A stretch of 61,781 nt of DNA, the filler included, from Candidatus Tectimicrobiota bacterium (GTDB taxonomy: Bacteria > JACPSX01): NCBI GenBank assembly GCA_016193065.1. It is 8 parts of 8 records of this genome, joined end to end, with 100 filler letters (N's around TTAATTAATTAA, not from the genome) between each part and the next. Parts side by side here need not be neighbours in the genome. Positions count along the whole stretch, not along the records: positions 1 to 14,155 come from JACPSX010000213.1; 7 more parts are not named here. One strand, written 5' to 3'. Positions 1 through 11,296 of this stretch are shown one piece after another; position 1 is the stretch's first letter, and each line of letters begins with the position of its first letter. A model generated the notes under the pieces. The model was not told the DNA's origin and made no database searches. It saw only the letters and a program-made list of their open reading frames with translations. Both the position numbers and the translations under genes were made by a program.

Positions 1-24
1 GCCGGTCAGCGCCCTGACAATTTG

Positions 25-100
25 TGGAGCCCACGACCGGGCTCGAACCGGTGACCTCTTCCTTACCAAGGAAGTGCTCCACCGCCTGAGCTACGTGGGC
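25..100 (-). tRNA. tRNA-Thr(GGT)
   Basis: Reverse complement GCCCACGTAGCTCAG...CTTCC-TTGGTAA-GGAAG...GGTTCGAGCCC...CTCCA; cloverleaf with encoded CCA. Confidence 0.97.
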
Positions 101-127
101 AACCTCTCTTTCGAGCATTTTCCTAAC

Positions 128-204
128 TGGAGCGGGAAACGGGATTCGAACCCGCGACCCCGAGCTTGGAAGGCTCGTGCTCTAGCCAACTGAGCTATTC
201 CCGC
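128..204 (-). tRNA. tRNA-Gly(TCC)
   Basis: GCGGGAATAGCTCAG...CGAGC-CTTCCAA-GCTCG...GGTTCGAATCCC...CTCCA. Confidence 0.97.
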
Positions 205-292
205 ACAACCCAAAAACAGGTGAACAGCCATTAGTGAATCCGGATACGCTACCCTCTTCACCGTTGACTGTTCACGACCAGGAACCATGTTA

Positions 293-377
293 TGGTGGGG
301 AGGGGAGGATTCGAACCTCCGAAGGCTGCGCCGACAGATTTACAGTCTGTTCCCTTTGACCGCTCGGGAACCTCCCC
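293..377 (-). tRNA. tRNA-Tyr(GTA)
   Basis: GGGGAGGTTCCCGAGCGG...ACAGA-CTGTAAA-TCTGT, long variable arm, GGTTCGAATCC, ACCA end. Confidence 0.97.
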
Positions 378-400
378 TTTGCAAACTCAAACCCAACCCC

Positions 401-475
401 TGGAGCTGGCGAAGGGATTTGAACCCCCAACCTGCTGATTACAAATCAGCTGCTCTACCGTTGAGCTACACCAGC
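401..475 (-). tRNA. tRNA-Thr(TGT)
   Basis: GCTGGTGTAGCTCAACGG...GCTGA-TTTGTAA-TCAGC...GGTTCAAATCC...CTCCA. Thr-Tyr-Gly-Thr is the classic order upstream of tuf; tuf would lie outside the window. Confidence 0.97.
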
Positions 476-559
476 AACGCGCTGAATTCCCATGTATAAT
501 TACTATGAATCCCCGGAATTCTGCTCTCCCCAGGTACAAATCCATATGTCAGACTGACC

Positions 560-587
560 ATACTAACATAGTATGCGCAGCCGTCAA
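560..587 (-). promoter_or_regulatory. sigma70-type promoter for the tRNA cluster
   Basis: TTGACG-16 bp-TAGTAT on minus strand, with an upstream A-tract. Confidence 0.6.
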
Positions 588-1324
588 CACTTTTTTTGCC
601 CGCTACGTTGACGCCAGATCTCGTAAAGAATGATGCCGGCAGCCACCCCCACATTCAGGGACGAGACCCGGCCCCTTAGTGGAATAGACAACAGCACATC
701 ACAACTGTTCCGCACCCGGAGGCGCAGTCCCTTTCCTTCGCCTCCCAAAACCAGAGCCGTGGCTCGGGAAAAGTCCCATGAATCACAGGGAGACGGCGCA
801 CTGGCTTCTGCACCCGCCACCCAAAACCCCTCTTCCTTTAGATAGCGGATCGCCTCGGAGAGGTTCGTCACCTGGGAGATCTTCAGGTATTCCAGGGCCC
901 CGGCGGCGGTCTTGGCAACCACCGGGGAGAGTGGGGCAGACCGCCAAGTTGTCAGGATAACTCCTTGAACTCCAAATGCTTCCGCCGAGCGCAGGAGGGC
1001 CCCTAGATTCCTCGGGTCCACAATGGAGTCCAGGAGGACGAGGACCGGGGAAGGGTGTTCCTCCCGCACCTCCCTGACCAGATCCTCCAACCCCCACAGG
1101 TGTCTGCGGGCAATTAGAGCGGCCACCCCTTGATGAGATCGCGTACCCGTCAGGAGGTCCAGATCCGTGCGGAGCCGCCGCTGGATCGGAATCCCCCGCT
1201 GCCCGGCCATGGCCAGAATCTCCTCCATGGGGGTCCCCCCCCGACCCTCACCAAGAAGGAGTTTTTGTATCCGGCTGTCCTTCGAACGGAGGGCCTCCCG
1301 CACCGGTTGAATCCCGTAAATCAC
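584..1324 (-). CDS. rlmB: 23S rRNA (Gm2251) 2'-O-methyltransferase RlmB
   Basis: IYGIQPVREAL, DPRNLGALLRSA, GGEGKGL, SLNVGVAAGI SpoU motifs; likely GTG start overlapping the cysS TGA. Confidence 0.93.
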   Translation of the reverse strand: MIYGIQPVREALRSKDSRIQKLLLGEGRGGTPMEEILAMAGQRGIPIQRRLRTDLDLLTGTRSHQGVAALIARRHLWGLEDLVREVREEHPSPVLVLLDSIVDPRNLGALLRSAEAFGVQGVILTTWRSAPLSPVVAKTAAGALEYLKISQVTNLSEAIRYLKEEGFWVAGAEASAPSPCDSWDFSRATALVLGGEGKGLRLRVRNSCDVLLSIPLRGRVSSLNVGVAAGIILYEIWRQRSGQKKC

Positions 1325-2853
1325 TCCCCACTTCCGTCGTCTTTGAGCTTCCACTGGGTCCCCTGAGGGGTATCCTCGAGCACGATCCCCCGGGCCAGGA
1401 GGTCGGAGCGGATCTGATCCGCCAGGGCCCAATCTTTGTGGCGCCTGGCCTCCTGGCGCTCCGCAATCTTGCGCTCCACGAATTCCGCGGTGAGCGCGTT
1501 TTCCGGTCCCGTACCCAGCGCGGGCTCCCGCACAGCGGCGGACAAATTGCGGAAATATTCCCCCGCTGGGATCGTAAGGATCCCCAAGATCTCTCCGGCT
1601 TCCGACAGGGCCTTTCTGGCTTCCCGGAGCACCAGGGCCGAGGGACCGGGTCGATCCGCCAGGGGCCGGGCCAGGAAACGGTTCACAATCCGGACGGTCT
1701 CAAAGATCTGGCCCAGCGCCGCGGGAGTGTTGAGGTCATCATCCATGCTCTCCCAGAAGCGGGTAGACATCTCACGGATCAAGCCTAGCGCAGCCCTCTC
1801 TTCGCTATCCAATTCCGGGTCTGCTACAGCCGGCGAAGGGGGGCGTTCCAGAAATCGATCCATCCGATCCAGGCATGTATAGAGCCGGTCCAGAGCTTCC
1901 CGGCTCTCCCTCAGAGCCTGGATTGAATAGTCCAGGGGGCTGCGATAATGGGTCCCCAGGAGAAAAAGCCGCACGACCTCCCGCCCCAGGAGGGTGTGGC
2001 GGCCAAATTGCTGAAACACCTCCCGGATGGTGAAAAAATTCCCCAGAGACTTGGACATCTTCTCCTGGTTCACATCCACGAAGCCGTTGTGGATCCAGTG
2101 CCGGACCGTCTGTTTTCCCCATACTGACTCGGATTGGGCAATCTCGTTCTCGTGATGAGGGAAGATCAGATCCTGCCCGCCGCCGTGCAGGTCAAAGGTC
2201 TCCCCAAGATATTTCCAGCTCATGGCCGAGCATTCGATGTGCCAGCCGGGGCGACCCGGTCCCCAAGGACTGTCCCAAGCAGGCTCACCCGGCCGGCTCG
2301 CTTTCCACAGAGCAAAGTCCAGGGGATCTTCCTTGCGCTCTCCCACTTCCACACGGGCCCCGGCCCGCAGATCGGCGATATCCCTCCCCGAAAGCTTGCC
2401 GTATCCCGGAAAGGACTTCACGGAAAAGTAGACATCCCCTCCGGCCACATAGGCGTTGCCCTTGCGGATCAGGGCCGCGATGAGCATACGCATCTCTTCG
2501 ATATGCTCGGTCGCTCTGGGCTCGATGGTCGGAGGGACAAGCCCCAGGAAGCCCATGTCCCGGGTAAACTCCTCGATGTAGCGCTCGGCGATCTCCCGCC
2601 AGGCGACTCCCTCCCGATTGGCCCTGGCAATGATCTTGTCATCCACATCCGTAAAGTTGCGCACGTAGGTAACCTGGTGGTTCCGGCGCAGGTAGCGGTA
2701 GATCACGTCAAAGACCACGGCGGAGCGGGCGTGCCCCATATGACACAAGTCGTAGACCGTCACCCCGCAAACGTACATCTTAACGGTGCCCGGCTCGAGG
2801 GGGGCCAGCGGCTCTTTTTGCCGTGTCAGTGTGTTATGAATTCGCAGGGCCAT
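1321..2853 (-). CDS. cysS: cysteine--tRNA ligase
   Basis: MYVCGVTVYD..HMGH, GRPGWHIECSAM, KMSKS. Confidence 0.98.
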   Translation of the reverse strand: MALRIHNTLTRQKEPLAPLEPGTVKMYVCGVTVYDLCHMGHARSAVVFDVIYRYLRRNHQVTYVRNFTDVDDKIIARANREGVAWREIAERYIEEFTRDMGFLGLVPPTIEPRATEHIEEMRMLIAALIRKGNAYVAGGDVYFSVKSFPGYGKLSGRDIADLRAGARVEVGERKEDPLDFALWKASRPGEPAWDSPWGPGRPGWHIECSAMSWKYLGETFDLHGGGQDLIFPHHENEIAQSESVWGKQTVRHWIHNGFVDVNQEKMSKSLGNFFTIREVFQQFGRHTLLGREVVRLFLLGTHYRSPLDYSIQALRESREALDRLYTCLDRMDRFLERPPSPAVADPELDSEERAALGLIREMSTRFWESMDDDLNTPAALGQIFETVRIVNRFLARPLADRPGPSALVLREARKALSEAGEILGILTIPAGEYFRNLSAAVREPALGTGPENALTAEFVERKIAERQEARRHKDWALADQIRSDLLARGIVLEDTPQGTQWKLKDDGSGE

Positions 2854-2871
2854 AGGAATCCCAGGCTGATC

Positions 2872-4041
2872 TTAGAATTGCTTTTCGACTAAAAGAGCGC
2901 CGGCATGGGCCGCGATCCCGGCCCCTTTCCCCACGAACCCGAGACCTTCAGAGGTCGTGGCCTTGATGCTAATCCGATCCGGGGCAATCTCAAGCACCTC
3001 GGAAATTTTGCGGATCATGGCGGGAATGTGGGGAGAAAGACGAGGCGCTTCGGCAATCACGGTACAGTCCACGTTACCGACGCCGTAACCCCGCTTGGCC
3101 ACAATCTCCCTGATCCGGGACAGGAGTAGGAGGCTCGAGATCCCTGAAAACTGCGGATCCGAATCGGGGAAATGGGTCCCCAGATCTCCGGCCGCGGCGG
3201 CTCCCAGCAAGGCATCTCCCAGCGCATGGAGAAGAACGTCCCCGTCGGAGTGCCCCCAAAGGCCCTTCTCGTAGGGGATTTCCACACCACCAATCACCAG
3301 CTTACGGCCGCTGGCCAGGCAATGGACGTCGTAACCTTGTCCGATCCTCACGCCCCCTTCTCTTCTCAAGTACTTCTCCCCCCAGAGCAGGTCCTCGGGG
3401 GTGGTGATCTTCAGATTGGACGGAGAGCCCGCCACCACCTCCACCGGGTGGTTCAGGCGCTCCACTAAACTTGCCTCATCCGTTCCCAAGACCTGTTCCT
3501 CTTGGGCTCGTTTCAGAGCCTCGAGCAGGATCGCCCTGCGAAAGACCTGGGGGGTCTGAGCACACCAAAGCCCCTCCCGAGGGACCGTGCCCAGGCAAAT
3601 CCCCTGGGGGCTTACGTTCTTCAGGGTGTCGGCCAGCGGGAGGGCGGCAATTGCGGCTCCGGAGCGGGAAGCGGCTTCAAGCGTCCGGATCAGGAGATCC
3701 TGGGTCAAAAACGGCCGCACGCTGTCATGGACCAGAACAAACTCACCGTCCGGACGGGTCCTCAGCACTCCGGCCTGAACGGAATCCTGGCGCCTCTCTC
3801 CGCCCGGAACCAGGGCGCCCAGCTTGCGCAACGGATACGCCGAAAGGACGTTCTCGCGGCAATAACCGACCCGCTGCGGGGGAACCACAAGGATGATTTC
3901 CTCGATCAGCGGGCACTGCTCCAGAGCCAGGAGCACATGGACAAGCACCGGCTTTCCTGCCAAGGGCAAAAACTGCTTTTCGATCCCCCCCCCGAATCGG
4001 CTCCCTCGGCCTGCCGCCGGAACAACGGCCGCGGCCCTCAC
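2872..4041 (-). CDS. ispDF: bifunctional IspD/IspF (MEP pathway)
   Basis: N-terminal AAGRGSRFG, VLVHDSVRP, AQTPQ (IspD); C-terminal RIGQGYDVH, HSDGDVLLHA (IspF). Confidence 0.95.
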   Translation of the reverse strand: MRAAAVVPAAGRGSRFGGGIEKQFLPLAGKPVLVHVLLALEQCPLIEEIILVVPPQRVGYCRENVLSAYPLRKLGALVPGGERRQDSVQAGVLRTRPDGEFVLVHDSVRPFLTQDLLIRTLEAASRSGAAIAALPLADTLKNVSPQGICLGTVPREGLWCAQTPQVFRRAILLEALKRAQEEQVLGTDEASLVERLNHPVEVVAGSPSNLKITTPEDLLWGEKYLRREGGVRIGQGYDVHCLASGRKLVIGGVEIPYEKGLWGHSDGDVLLHALGDALLGAAAAGDLGTHFPDSDPQFSGISSLLLLSRIREIVAKRGYGVGNVDCTVIAEAPRLSPHIPAMIRKISEVLEIAPDRISIKATTSEGLGFVGKGAGIAAHAGALLVEKQF

Positions 4042-4062
4042 GGGCCGCTTCTCCCCATTTCG

Positions 4063-5118
4063 TTATTCCTCCTTGCTCCCATTTTCCCGCAGCTTTGTAA
4101 AGATCATGCGCCCGGCAGTGGTCTGCAGCACGCTCGTGACGGACACTTCGACGTTCCGCCCGAGAAACTTGCGAGCTCCATCCACCACGACCATGGTGCC
4201 GTCGTCCAGATAGGCGACTCCTTGTCCGTACTCCTTTCCTTCTTTGAGGACGTACACCTTCATGATTTCCCCGGGAAGAACGACCGGCTTGACGGCATTG
4301 GCCAACTGGTTGATGTTAAGAACGGTCACGCCCTGAAGCTCGGCAACCTTGTTCAGGTTGAAGTCATTCGTTATCACTTTGGCACCCATGGCCTTGGCCA
4401 GCTCGATCAGCTTGGCGTCCACTTCCCGGATTTTGGGAAAATCATTCTCGACGAATCTCACCTCCAAGTCGTTGTTTTTCTGGATGCGCTGCAGAATATC
4501 GAGGCCGCGGCGTCCCCGGTTCCGCTTCAGTGGATCCGACGAGTCGGCGATATGCTGGAGCTCCTTGAGGATGAACTGAGGGATGATCAGTTCCCCTTCC
4601 AGGAAGCCGGTCTCACAGATATCCGCAATTCGTCCGTCAATGATCACGCTGGTGTCCAGAATCTTGTGCCCCTCCTTTTCCGGCTCCCCTTTGAAGAACT
4701 GGCGGTAGGTGGAGAGCTCGAATTCCTCGCCTTTCCTGACCCCAATCATAATCCCCAGATAGGCAAAAACGGCGTTGATCAGCATCCGCACCGTCTCTCC
4801 GAGAACCGGATGATGGAAGGGGATCAGGAGCAACGAGGAAGTCGCCACATTGGCAGTGAGCAGACCGGCCAACAGCCCCAAGATTCCCCCTATCAGGACC
4901 TTGGCGGAAAGCTTGCGCAAACCCACCTCGAGCCCAATGATCACCAACCCCCCGAAAAAGCCCAAAACGGTCCCCAGGTAGTTCGCATGAGGAAGATCAG
5001 CCGGAAAGCGCCAGCCCAGGAAGTAGCCCACGGAAGAAGTCAGGATCAGGAGAAGGAAGCGCAAGATAATGTAATGCAGGCGATGGCTTCCCTTAAACTC
5101 CGAGCTTTTCCCAGCCAT
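4063..5118 (-). CDS. PIN/TRAM-domain membrane protein (YacL family)
   Basis: N-terminal TM helices, KILDTSVIIDGRI, TNDFNLNKVA, GVAYLDDGTMVVV, VLQTTAGRMIF; conserved radA-yacL-ispD order; exact start uncertain. Confidence 0.92.
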   Translation of the reverse strand: MAGKSSEFKGSHRLHYIILRFLLLILTSSVGYFLGWRFPADLPHANYLGTVLGFFGGLVIIGLEVGLRKLSAKVLIGGILGLLAGLLTANVATSSLLLIPFHHPVLGETVRMLINAVFAYLGIMIGVRKGEEFELSTYRQFFKGEPEKEGHKILDTSVIIDGRIADICETGFLEGELIIPQFILKELQHIADSSDPLKRNRGRRGLDILQRIQKNNDLEVRFVENDFPKIREVDAKLIELAKAMGAKVITNDFNLNKVAELQGVTVLNINQLANAVKPVVLPGEIMKVYVLKEGKEYGQGVAYLDDGTMVVVDGARKFLGRNVEVSVTSVLQTTAGRMIFTKLRENGSKEE

Positions 5119-5177
5119 CTTAAAAGCCCCCCTGAAAGAAACCCCACAGGTGATGTGTTAAGACCTTTAAATTTAAA

Positions 5178-5206
5178 ATGTTATCATTCAGAAGGACGAT
5201 CGTCAA
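5178..5206 (-). promoter_or_regulatory. sigma70-type promoter upstream of the yacL-ispDF-cysS-rlmB run
   Basis: TTGACG-17 bp-TAACAT with extended TG. Confidence 0.55.
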
Positions 5207-6529
5207 CCCGGATCGCCCTGGGAGCGCGGAAAAAGCACCTCCGTGGCTTCTTTAACCGTACGGACTTCTCTGACCTCCAGGGATACGAATCCCTCCTCAA
5301 GACGGCGAGCCGGAATCACAGCCCGACAAAACCCCAGCTTTTCCGCTTCTCGAAGCCGGGCCTGCAATTGGGTGACGGCCCGCACTTCCCCGGCCAGCCC
5401 CACCTCGCCTAAAATCACTGTGTGGGGATCCACCTCCCGGTCGTGAAAACTCGAGCATAGGGCGATGGCCACCCCGAGATCCACTCCGGGCTCTTCTACT
5501 CGCAAGCCTCCCGCCACATTAATGAAGACGTCGCTCCCCTGCAGAGGGTAGCCCAGTCTCTTTTCCAGAACCGCGATTAAAATCGCCACGCGCTGCGGGT
5601 CGACCCCCGTAACCGCACGTCGCGGGACCGCCGTATTGGTGGGGGACACCAGGGCCTGGATTTCCAAAAGCAGAGGCCTTGATCCTTCCATGCTGGCGGT
5701 CACCACGGAACCTGAAGCACCGGCTGGTCTCTCGGCTAAAAAGGCACTGGAAGGATTCAGGACCTCCCTCAGGCCACCGGAGACCATCTCGAAAATCCCC
5801 ACCTCATTGGTCGACCCGAAGCGGTTCTTTACCGCCCGCAGGACCCGAAAAAGGTGGGTTTTGTCCCCCTCAAAGTAAAGCACCGTATCGACCATGTGTT
5901 CGAGAACCCTGGGACCCGCCAGTGAGCCGTCCTTGGTCACGTGGCCAATCAGAAAAACCGAAAGACGAGATTTTTTGGCCAGTTCGACCAGGTGCGCCGC
6001 GCTCTCTCGAACGGATGGAATCAATGACGACGGCAGAGAGCTCCCGTTCTTGGACCCGTTCGAGGACACGCTGCAGACAGGTCTCGTAGAGGAGCAGGAG
6101 TCCTTCTCCTTTGAGTCCCAGGCGATCCCCTCGACCCCGGACCTGCTCCAGTGACTCCTCCCCGGTCACGTAGAGGACGGTTCCCTGGCGGGCCAGTCCT
6201 CCCACCGCTTGCAGAAGAAGGGTAGACTTGCCAATCCCCGGATCGCCGCCAACGAGCACCACCGATCCCGGCACAACTCCCCCGCCCAAAACCCGATCCA
6301 GTTCGGCAATCCCGGTCCCAAGGCGAGGGTAACGGGCGAGATCGATATCGCTCAGAGGGACGGGAAGTTCAGAAGAAGGAGGCGGACGCAGTTTGTGATC
6401 CTGCGACCCGGAATAGCTCTGACGCTCTTCTACCAGCGTGTTCCAATGCCCGCAGTCCGGGCAGCGGCCCAACCACTTGGGCGCCTGGTAGCCGCACTCC
6501 TGGCATACGTAGACAGCCCTAAATTTCAT
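5203..6529 (-). pseudogene. radA: DNA repair protein RadA/Sms, frameshifted by an internal ~50-nt deletion at 6012/6013 (pseudogene or assembly error)
   Basis: Frame 1: CQECG...CPDCG zinc finger, GDPGIGKSTL, VVIDSI. Frame 2: VRESAAHL, GHVTKDG, KNRFG. The usual QT...SAPGSVSQ segment is absent. Confidence 0.9.
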
Positions 6530-6697
6530 GCTTGAGGAGAGGGGATTGCCCCTCGAACAGCCAAGAACAAGCCCCGCAACTGGAGAATCAGACCGCGGTG
6601 CATGCCAGAGGCGTGAAGTGAGGATTGAGATCGGAAGGATCTGCTGACGGCAGTTTGCGCCTGGAACCGAAACGAACGGTTGCGAAGAAGACCAGCA

Positions 6698-7204
6698 CTA
6701 GAAACCAACGGACTCTCTGAACCCTGGGGCACGATACTCGCCACTCTTGCCCCCATGCTTGTAGACCAAACGGACCTCCGAAACGGTGATGCCGCGGTCG
6801 ACGGCCTTGCACATATCATAGATCGTCAAGCCAGCTCCCATGACGGCACACAACGCTTCCATTTCCACCCCCGTGGGTCCGACGGTCTTCACCCTGGCTT
6901 CGATATCGATCCGACAATCCTCCTCATGCAGGGTAAACCCCATTTCCACTCCCGTCAAAGATAAGGGGTGGCACATGGGAATGAGATCCGCGGTCTTTTT
7001 TGCCGCCAGAATGCCAGCCACCTGCGCCACCCCCAGGACATCCCCCTTCTCGATGCGGCGGTCCTGAATGCGGCGAAACGTTTCCGGACTCACCCGCACT
7101 GTGCCTCGGGCTACGGCCACTCGTTGGGTGCTCTTCTTGGCAGTTACATCCACCATGCGCCCGCGGCCCGCCGGGTCAAAATGGGTAAGCCCTTGCTTTG
7201 CCAT
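6698..7204 (-). CDS. moaC: cyclic pyranopterin monophosphate synthase MoaC
   Basis: LTHFD...MVDV, KGDVL, LIPMCHPL, TGVEMEAL, IYDMCKAVD. Confidence 0.96.
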   Translation of the reverse strand: MAKQGLTHFDPAGRGRMVDVTAKKSTQRVAVARGTVRVSPETFRRIQDRRIEKGDVLGVAQVAGILAAKKTADLIPMCHPLSLTGVEMGFTLHEEDCRIDIEARVKTVGPTGVEMEALCAVMGAGLTIYDMCKAVDRGITVSEVRLVYKHGGKSGEYRAPGFRESVGF

Positions 7205-7368
7205 AAGTTGCAAACCTTCCTGCGGGAGTATTAACCACCCAAACCGGCAAAGTCAAACATAAAGTTTCCCGACGTTGGTAGCATGTGAAATGTCCGCCTG
7301 TTCGTTGACACCACCGAAAAGTCGTGTTAAAAGGGCGCAACAGTTCCGCGGGGAATTTGGCGCGCCTT

Positions 7369-8370
7369 ATGGACGAGATAAAGGCTGCTTTGATTTCCGA
7401 TGTGGGCCCGATTACCATCGGCCACGCCTCCGATTTCACCCACTACACAGGTTGCACGGTGATCCTCTGTGAACAGGGGGCTGTCGCTGGAGTCGAGGTG
7501 CGAGGGTTGGCCAGCAGCACCCGCGAGTTGGACGCCCTATCAGCCCACCACCTCGTGGACAAGATCCATGCCCTTCTCCTGGCAGGAGGAAGCGCATTCG
7601 GGCTGGAAGCGGCTTCCGGAGTGATGGACTACCTGGAAGAAAAGGGGATTGGATTCCAGACCAGCACGGGCCCCGTACCGATCGTCCCCTGTGCCATCCT
7701 CTATGACCTGAACTTCGCTTCCCGACAGGGCAGGCCCAACCGGGCCATGGGGTATGAGGCTTGTCTAAACGCGGCTGCAGCCCCCCCGCAAGAGGGGAGT
7801 ATAGGGGCGGGCACCGGCGCCACCGTGGGGAAGCTTTTTGGCATCAAGCGGGCCACCAAGGGAGGATTGGGGGTCGCGTGCTATCAAATTCCGGACACGA
7901 GCGTTCTGGTGGGGGCTATGGCCGCGGTAAACGCTTTCGGAGACGTCCTCGACCGACGCACGCGGGAAATACTTGCGGGCGCCCGCTCCGCGCCGGACAG
8001 CCACCGCTACGTGGACACCGCCCGGGAAATGATGCGAGGGGTCACCCGCACAGACTTCGCCAACACCCACACCACCCTGGGGGTTATTGTGACCAATGCC
8101 GCCCTCGACAAAAGGGGGGCTACCATTCTGGCCCGCCTGGCCTCCAATGGGTTGGTGCGGGTCAGCTCTCCTGCCTCCACAACATTTGACGGGGATGTAG
8201 TCTTCGCTCTCTCCGTAGGAAATCTTTCCGCCGATATCAACGTCCTCGGTGTGGTGGCCGCCGAGGCTCTCTCCGAAGCAGTCAACCGGGGAGTGCGCAC
8301 AGCGGACGGCTTCGGAATTCTCCCCTCGCATCTGGAAATCGCCGGCCAGCAGGGAGCAGAGAAGAAATGA
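7369..8370 (+). CDS. P1/DmpA family peptidase (S58)
   Basis: TGCTVIL, GGSAFGL, GSIGAGTGA, TTLGVIVTNA, FDGDVVF. Confidence 0.9.
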   Translation: MDEIKAALISDVGPITIGHASDFTHYTGCTVILCEQGAVAGVEVRGLASSTRELDALSAHHLVDKIHALLLAGGSAFGLEAASGVMDYLEEKGIGFQTSTGPVPIVPCAILYDLNFASRQGRPNRAMGYEACLNAAAAPPQEGSIGAGTGATVGKLFGIKRATKGGLGVACYQIPDTSVLVGAMAAVNAFGDVLDRRTREILAGARSAPDSHRYVDTAREMMRGVTRTDFANTHTTLGVIVTNAALDKRGATILARLASNGLVRVSSPASTTFDGDVVFALSVGNLSADINVLGVVAAEALSEAVNRGVRTADGFGILPSHLEIAGQQGAEKK

Positions 8371-9005
8371 ACTGGCTTGACATCATCCTACTAATCATAC
8401 TGGGATTCGGCGTCTTCAAAGGCCTACGGGCGGGGTTTTCGGGACAGGTGGTCTCACTGCTGTCGCTCGTGGTCGGCTACGTAATTGCGAGCAAGGCCCA
8501 ACAATGGGGGGCCAACCAACTGACAACCATCTTTGAAAGCGAAACGGGATCCCGGATATTGGCCTTTTTACTCCTCTTTGGCGTGGGTTATCTGGCGACG
8601 CACTTTGCCGTTGGCCGATTATTGGAAAAACTTTTGGGAAACCGCCTCTCTCTGGGAAATCGAATTGCCGGAGGGGCCATTGCCCTGATGAAGACTTCAA
8701 TCATTCTTTCCTTCCCCCTGATCATCTGGATCCTTTTCATGCCCGAGTCCTCCTTTTCATCTCTAGCCCACTCCAGAGTTCGCCCGTATCTCAAGCCGGC
8801 ACTTGGGTTTACCCTGAAATTTCTGCCTGAAGATCTCAAGGAAGCATACGATAAAAGAGTCGATGATCTGGAAACCGAAAAGTTTCCGGAGACGAAGCAG
8901 AAGAAGGGCGACAAAACGGAACCTGGGGCTGAAAAACCGCTTCAAGAGCGCGAAACTCATCAACTTAAGGATCGCCGGAAGGTCGAAAAGCTCATCGAAC
9001 AGTAA
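8367..9005 (+). CDS. CvpA (colicin V production) family membrane protein
   Basis: MNWLDIILLIILGFGVFKGLRAGF, NRIAGGAIA; four TM segments. Confidence 0.85.
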   Translation: MNWLDIILLIILGFGVFKGLRAGFSGQVVSLLSLVVGYVIASKAQQWGANQLTTIFESETGSRILAFLLLFGVGYLATHFAVGRLLEKLLGNRLSLGNRIAGGAIALMKTSIILSFPLIIWILFMPESSFSSLAHSRVRPYLKPALGFTLKFLPEDLKEAYDKRVDDLETEKFPETKQKKGDKTEPGAEKPLQERETHQLKDRRKVEKLIEQ

Positions 9006-9110
9006 CGCGGACGGCGGAGGCGGCCGCCCATAGGAAACAGGACTGGTTTGGTTGAGCAAATCCTGCGGGGCGACCAGTGCGAGAGCGGGCAGGAGGAGGC
9101 AATTGTCACA

Positions 9111-9488
9111 ATGAACCTGAATATGAAGGTCCTCATCGTTGACGATTTCTCGACCATGCGGAGGATCATGAAAAACCTGCTGCGCCAGATCGGTTTCACC
9201 AACATTCAGGAAGCCGATGACGGCACCACCGCTCTGCAACTGCTCAAGACGGACCCCGTGGACCTGGTTATTTCCGACTGGAAAATGCCCAAGATGAGCG
9301 GCCTCGACCTCCTGAAAGCGATCCGGGGGGACAACCAACTGAAAGCGATCCCGGTCCTCATGGTCACTGCCGAGGCTAAAAAGGAAAACATCGTCGAGGC
9401 GGTTCAGGCGGGAGTGAACAATTACATTGTCAAACCCTTCACAGCCGAGACGCTGAAAGAGAAGCTGGAAAAAGTGCTCAACCCTTAA
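9111..9488 (+). CDS. cheY: chemotaxis response regulator CheY
   Basis: [44 protein letters not shown]. Confidence 0.93.
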   Translation: MNLNMKVLIVDDFSTMRRIMKNLLRQIGFTNIQEADDGTTALQLLKTDPVDLVISDWKMPKMSGLDLLKAIRGDNQLKAIPVLMVTAEAKKENIVEAVQAGVNNYIVKPFTAETLKEKLEKVLNP

Positions 9489-10333
9489 GGGACACTGAGA
9501 ACCGCATTGTCGATCAGACGGGACTTTCCTACAAACGCCGCCAGGGCCAGCAAGGTGTCCCCCTGCAGCAGGCTCACCTCCTCCAGGGTTTCCGGATCAC
9601 ACAGCACGACATAGTCAATCCGCACCTGGGGTTGCTGCGAAATCATCTCCTTCACCACGGCCAGAATTGTTTCCGGTCTCCGTTCCCCCTCATCGATCAG
9701 TTCCTGGGCTCGCCGCAATGAGCGGTTCAGGGACAAGGCGGACTGTCTCTGCCGCGGGCTCAGGTAGACGTTGCGCGAGCTCATGGCCACTCCATCGGGA
9801 TCCCGCACGGTCTCCACACCCACGACTTCCAGGTCCCAGTTGAGATCCGCCACCATGCGCTTGATCACCAGAAATTGCTGGTAGTCTTTCAGTCCAAAGT
9901 AAGCCCGCTGGGGCTGGACGATGTGGAAGAGCTTGCCAACCACCGTGGCAACTCCCCGGAAGTGCCCCGGACGAGACTCACCGCAGAGCTTGTCGGTAAT
10001 GCCTTCCACGTGGACCGAGGTGCGGGACCCAGGAGGGTACATGTCCTCGGCACGGGGGCAGAACAGGACGTCGACCCCCACGGAGGCGGCCTTCGCCGCA
10101 TCTCCTTCGGGATCCCGTGGGTAGGAGGCCAGGTCCTCGCCGGGACCGAACTGGGTTGGATTGACAAAGAGGCTTACGACCACCAGATCGGATTCCTGTC
10201 TGGCCCGGGTCATGAGCCGCAGGTGGCCGTCGTGGAAATAGCCCATGGTGGGCACGAAGCCGATGGTTTTCCCCTCCCGGCGCGCCCGGCGGGCCGCAGC
10301 GATCATGTCCTGGATCTCGACAATTCGCTCCAT
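9485..10333 (-). CDS. panC: pantoate--beta-alanine ligase
   Basis: [38 protein letters not shown]. Confidence 0.97.
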   Translation of the reverse strand: MERIVEIQDMIAAARRARREGKTIGFVPTMGYFHDGHLRLMTRARQESDLVVVSLFVNPTQFGPGEDLASYPRDPEGDAAKAASVGVDVLFCPRAEDMYPPGSRTSVHVEGITDKLCGESRPGHFRGVATVVGKLFHIVQPQRAYFGLKDYQQFLVIKRMVADLNWDLEVVGVETVRDPDGVAMSSRNVYLSPRQRQSALSLNRSLRRAQELIDEGERRPETILAVVKEMISQQPQVRIDYVVLCDPETLEEVSLLQGDTLLALAAFVGKSRLIDNAVLSVP

Positions 10334-10346
10334 GATCCCCACCACC

Positions 10347-11153
<807 letters not shown>

Positions 11154-11296
11154 CCGGACCTCCTCTTCAAACAGGTTCCCCAATAAACCAGGAAAGCCTT
11201 CCAGCGCTCGACCGGAAGGCATTGTTTGCTGCCCGGCGCCAACCCACGGGTCCGGAATTCCGCGCAGCCCATCCTTGCCACCGGAACAGACCCTGG

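Noticed and set aside
91-499. Short ORFs 91-288 and 287-499
   Set aside because: They overlap tRNA genes.
3502-5412. Long antisense ORFs (3502-5412, 12581-13840, 33276-34877, 43224-44864, 52920-54152 and others)
   Set aside because: Shadow frames of well-conserved genes on the opposite strand, typical of high-GC coding sequence; no protein motifs.
5870-6069. Programmed frameshift in radA
   Set aside because: Conserved residues are physically missing and there is no slippery site; a deletion explains it.
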